DNA of 64,000 nucleotides from Azolla caroliniana (lineage: Eukaryota; Plantae; Polypodiophyta), in assembly GCA_043228905.1 (NCBI GenBank), contig JBHGNT010000002.1, positions 15,128,001-15,192,000 of the forward strand, given 5' to 3'. The translations under genes were made by a program, and so were the position numbers. Shown piece by piece: positions 62,896 to 64,000 of this stretch. The notes beneath the pieces were generated by a model. It worked only from the letters and a program-made list of their open reading frames with translations. It made no database searches and was not told the DNA's origin. Numbering within the stretch: position 1 is the stretch's first letter; every line of letters begins with the position of its first letter.

Positions 62896-64000
62896 GGAAG
62901 CAATCAGGCTCGAACTGCCACAGGCACTATGGTCGGGAGTAAAGGAGAAAAGGAGTAAGTTGGCACCCCATGCAACAAAATGCATATTTCTTGGTTATGG
63001 AACCAATGGGGAATTCGGCTACAGACTGTGGGACCTAGAGAACCGAACATTGATATGTAGTACTGACGTAGTCTTCAATGAAAACTCTATCCTCTCTAAG
63101 CAGAGCCAACAGAAAATAGTTGGTAAAAAGGTATCCTTTGAAATCAATAGAGATGGCGTAGAAGGACCGTACCACTAGGCCGAATCGGAGATTCGACAAC
63201 TAGTTGAACTTGAAGACAAAGCCATCAAAGGCAAAGCCGAAGCGACAAGAATAAAAAAAGGCAAAGTCGACAAGGTACAAGTCAGAATCGATAGAGTTCG
63301 ACCCGACTAAAAACACCCAAGGCTAAGTCCCCTACCTCGAATTCAATCAATCCCGAGCAAGGGGAGGATGAAATGACATCGTTGAACTCCTATTCCAAGG
63401 GCAAGTCATACAATAGGACTCTTGACATAAGTGGTTCAACAAATATTGATCGACCAACAGAGCCGATCGAAGGATCTGAACCGATCACTTCGGCACCCAG
63501 GATATTTGGAGAAGTTCGAAGGCTTACAGAGTTCTATCAACTAGGCCTCGACTACGTCAACTACACCGATGCAAGCGAACCAAGCACATACGAAGAAGCT
63601 ATAGCCGCATCGGACGCTGATACATGGCTACAAGCTATGCAATCTGAGTTGGACTCGATACGACACAATCAAACATCGGAGCTGGTCGAACTACTAGCAG
63701 GAAGGAAGCCACTACCTTGCAAATTGGTCTTCCAGGGACAAATATGTATCCGACTCTGAGAAACCCAAATACAAAGCTCCGCTTGTTGCGAAGGGATTCA
63801 AACAAAAACACAGGGTCAAAAAGTGGCAAGGCCACAAGGTTCTTGGACAAAGGAGCCGGTGAGAGTAGGAAAGTTCTTCGGATCAGTAAGAAGATGAGCA
63901 CACGGACTCCCTCGCTCATACACACAACACGACAGGAATACACCGAAGACAAGAAGCGAGAAATCCAAAACACATGGAGAGACTCAACGAATTAACGATG
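62896..64000 (+). repeat. Second copy of 12537-13760 (deleted Copia fragment fused to a D-type LTR)
   Basis: Colinear from ggaagcaatcagg to cgaattaac with the same internal deletion and the same Copia/LTR junction. Confidence 0.9.

Overview
Plant heterochromatic window, probably from a moss or other bryophyte (inferred from the retroelement types), built almost entirely of nested and decayed LTR retrotransposons. One intact host gene is present: an intronless, secreted dirigent-like protein at 54485-55036. Reconstructed layout: Copia A (1-5452, minus) sits in Copia B; Copia C and Copia fragments follow (8177-13460). An old minus-strand Gypsy element D (13461-50391) hosts non-autonomous element E (15481-34493), which hosts chromovirus F (17396-31531), which hosts a full-length Gypsy G (17976-26215). 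Copia H (34553-46736) hosts a solo LTR (38100-38490) and a very young chromovirus J (38651-45668). Further remnants follow (L, M, Copia pieces). The main signals are RNA-level and mechanistic: (1) a conserved -1 frameshift cassette (G_GAU_UUU, stop codon, covarying pseudoknot) between protease and RT in the tRNA-Trp-primed Gypsy family; (2) a second frameshift cassette (G_UUA_AAC plus 11-bp stem), a Tf1-like self-priming PBS and a tRNA-like A/B-box module in F; (3) CpG-centred 4-bp target sites for the tRNA-Trp family; (4) a conserved coding tail after Copia RNase H, lying between two PPT copies; (5) a probable 1.56-kb leader intron and TG...TA termini in J. Lineage names are inferences; no database searches were run.
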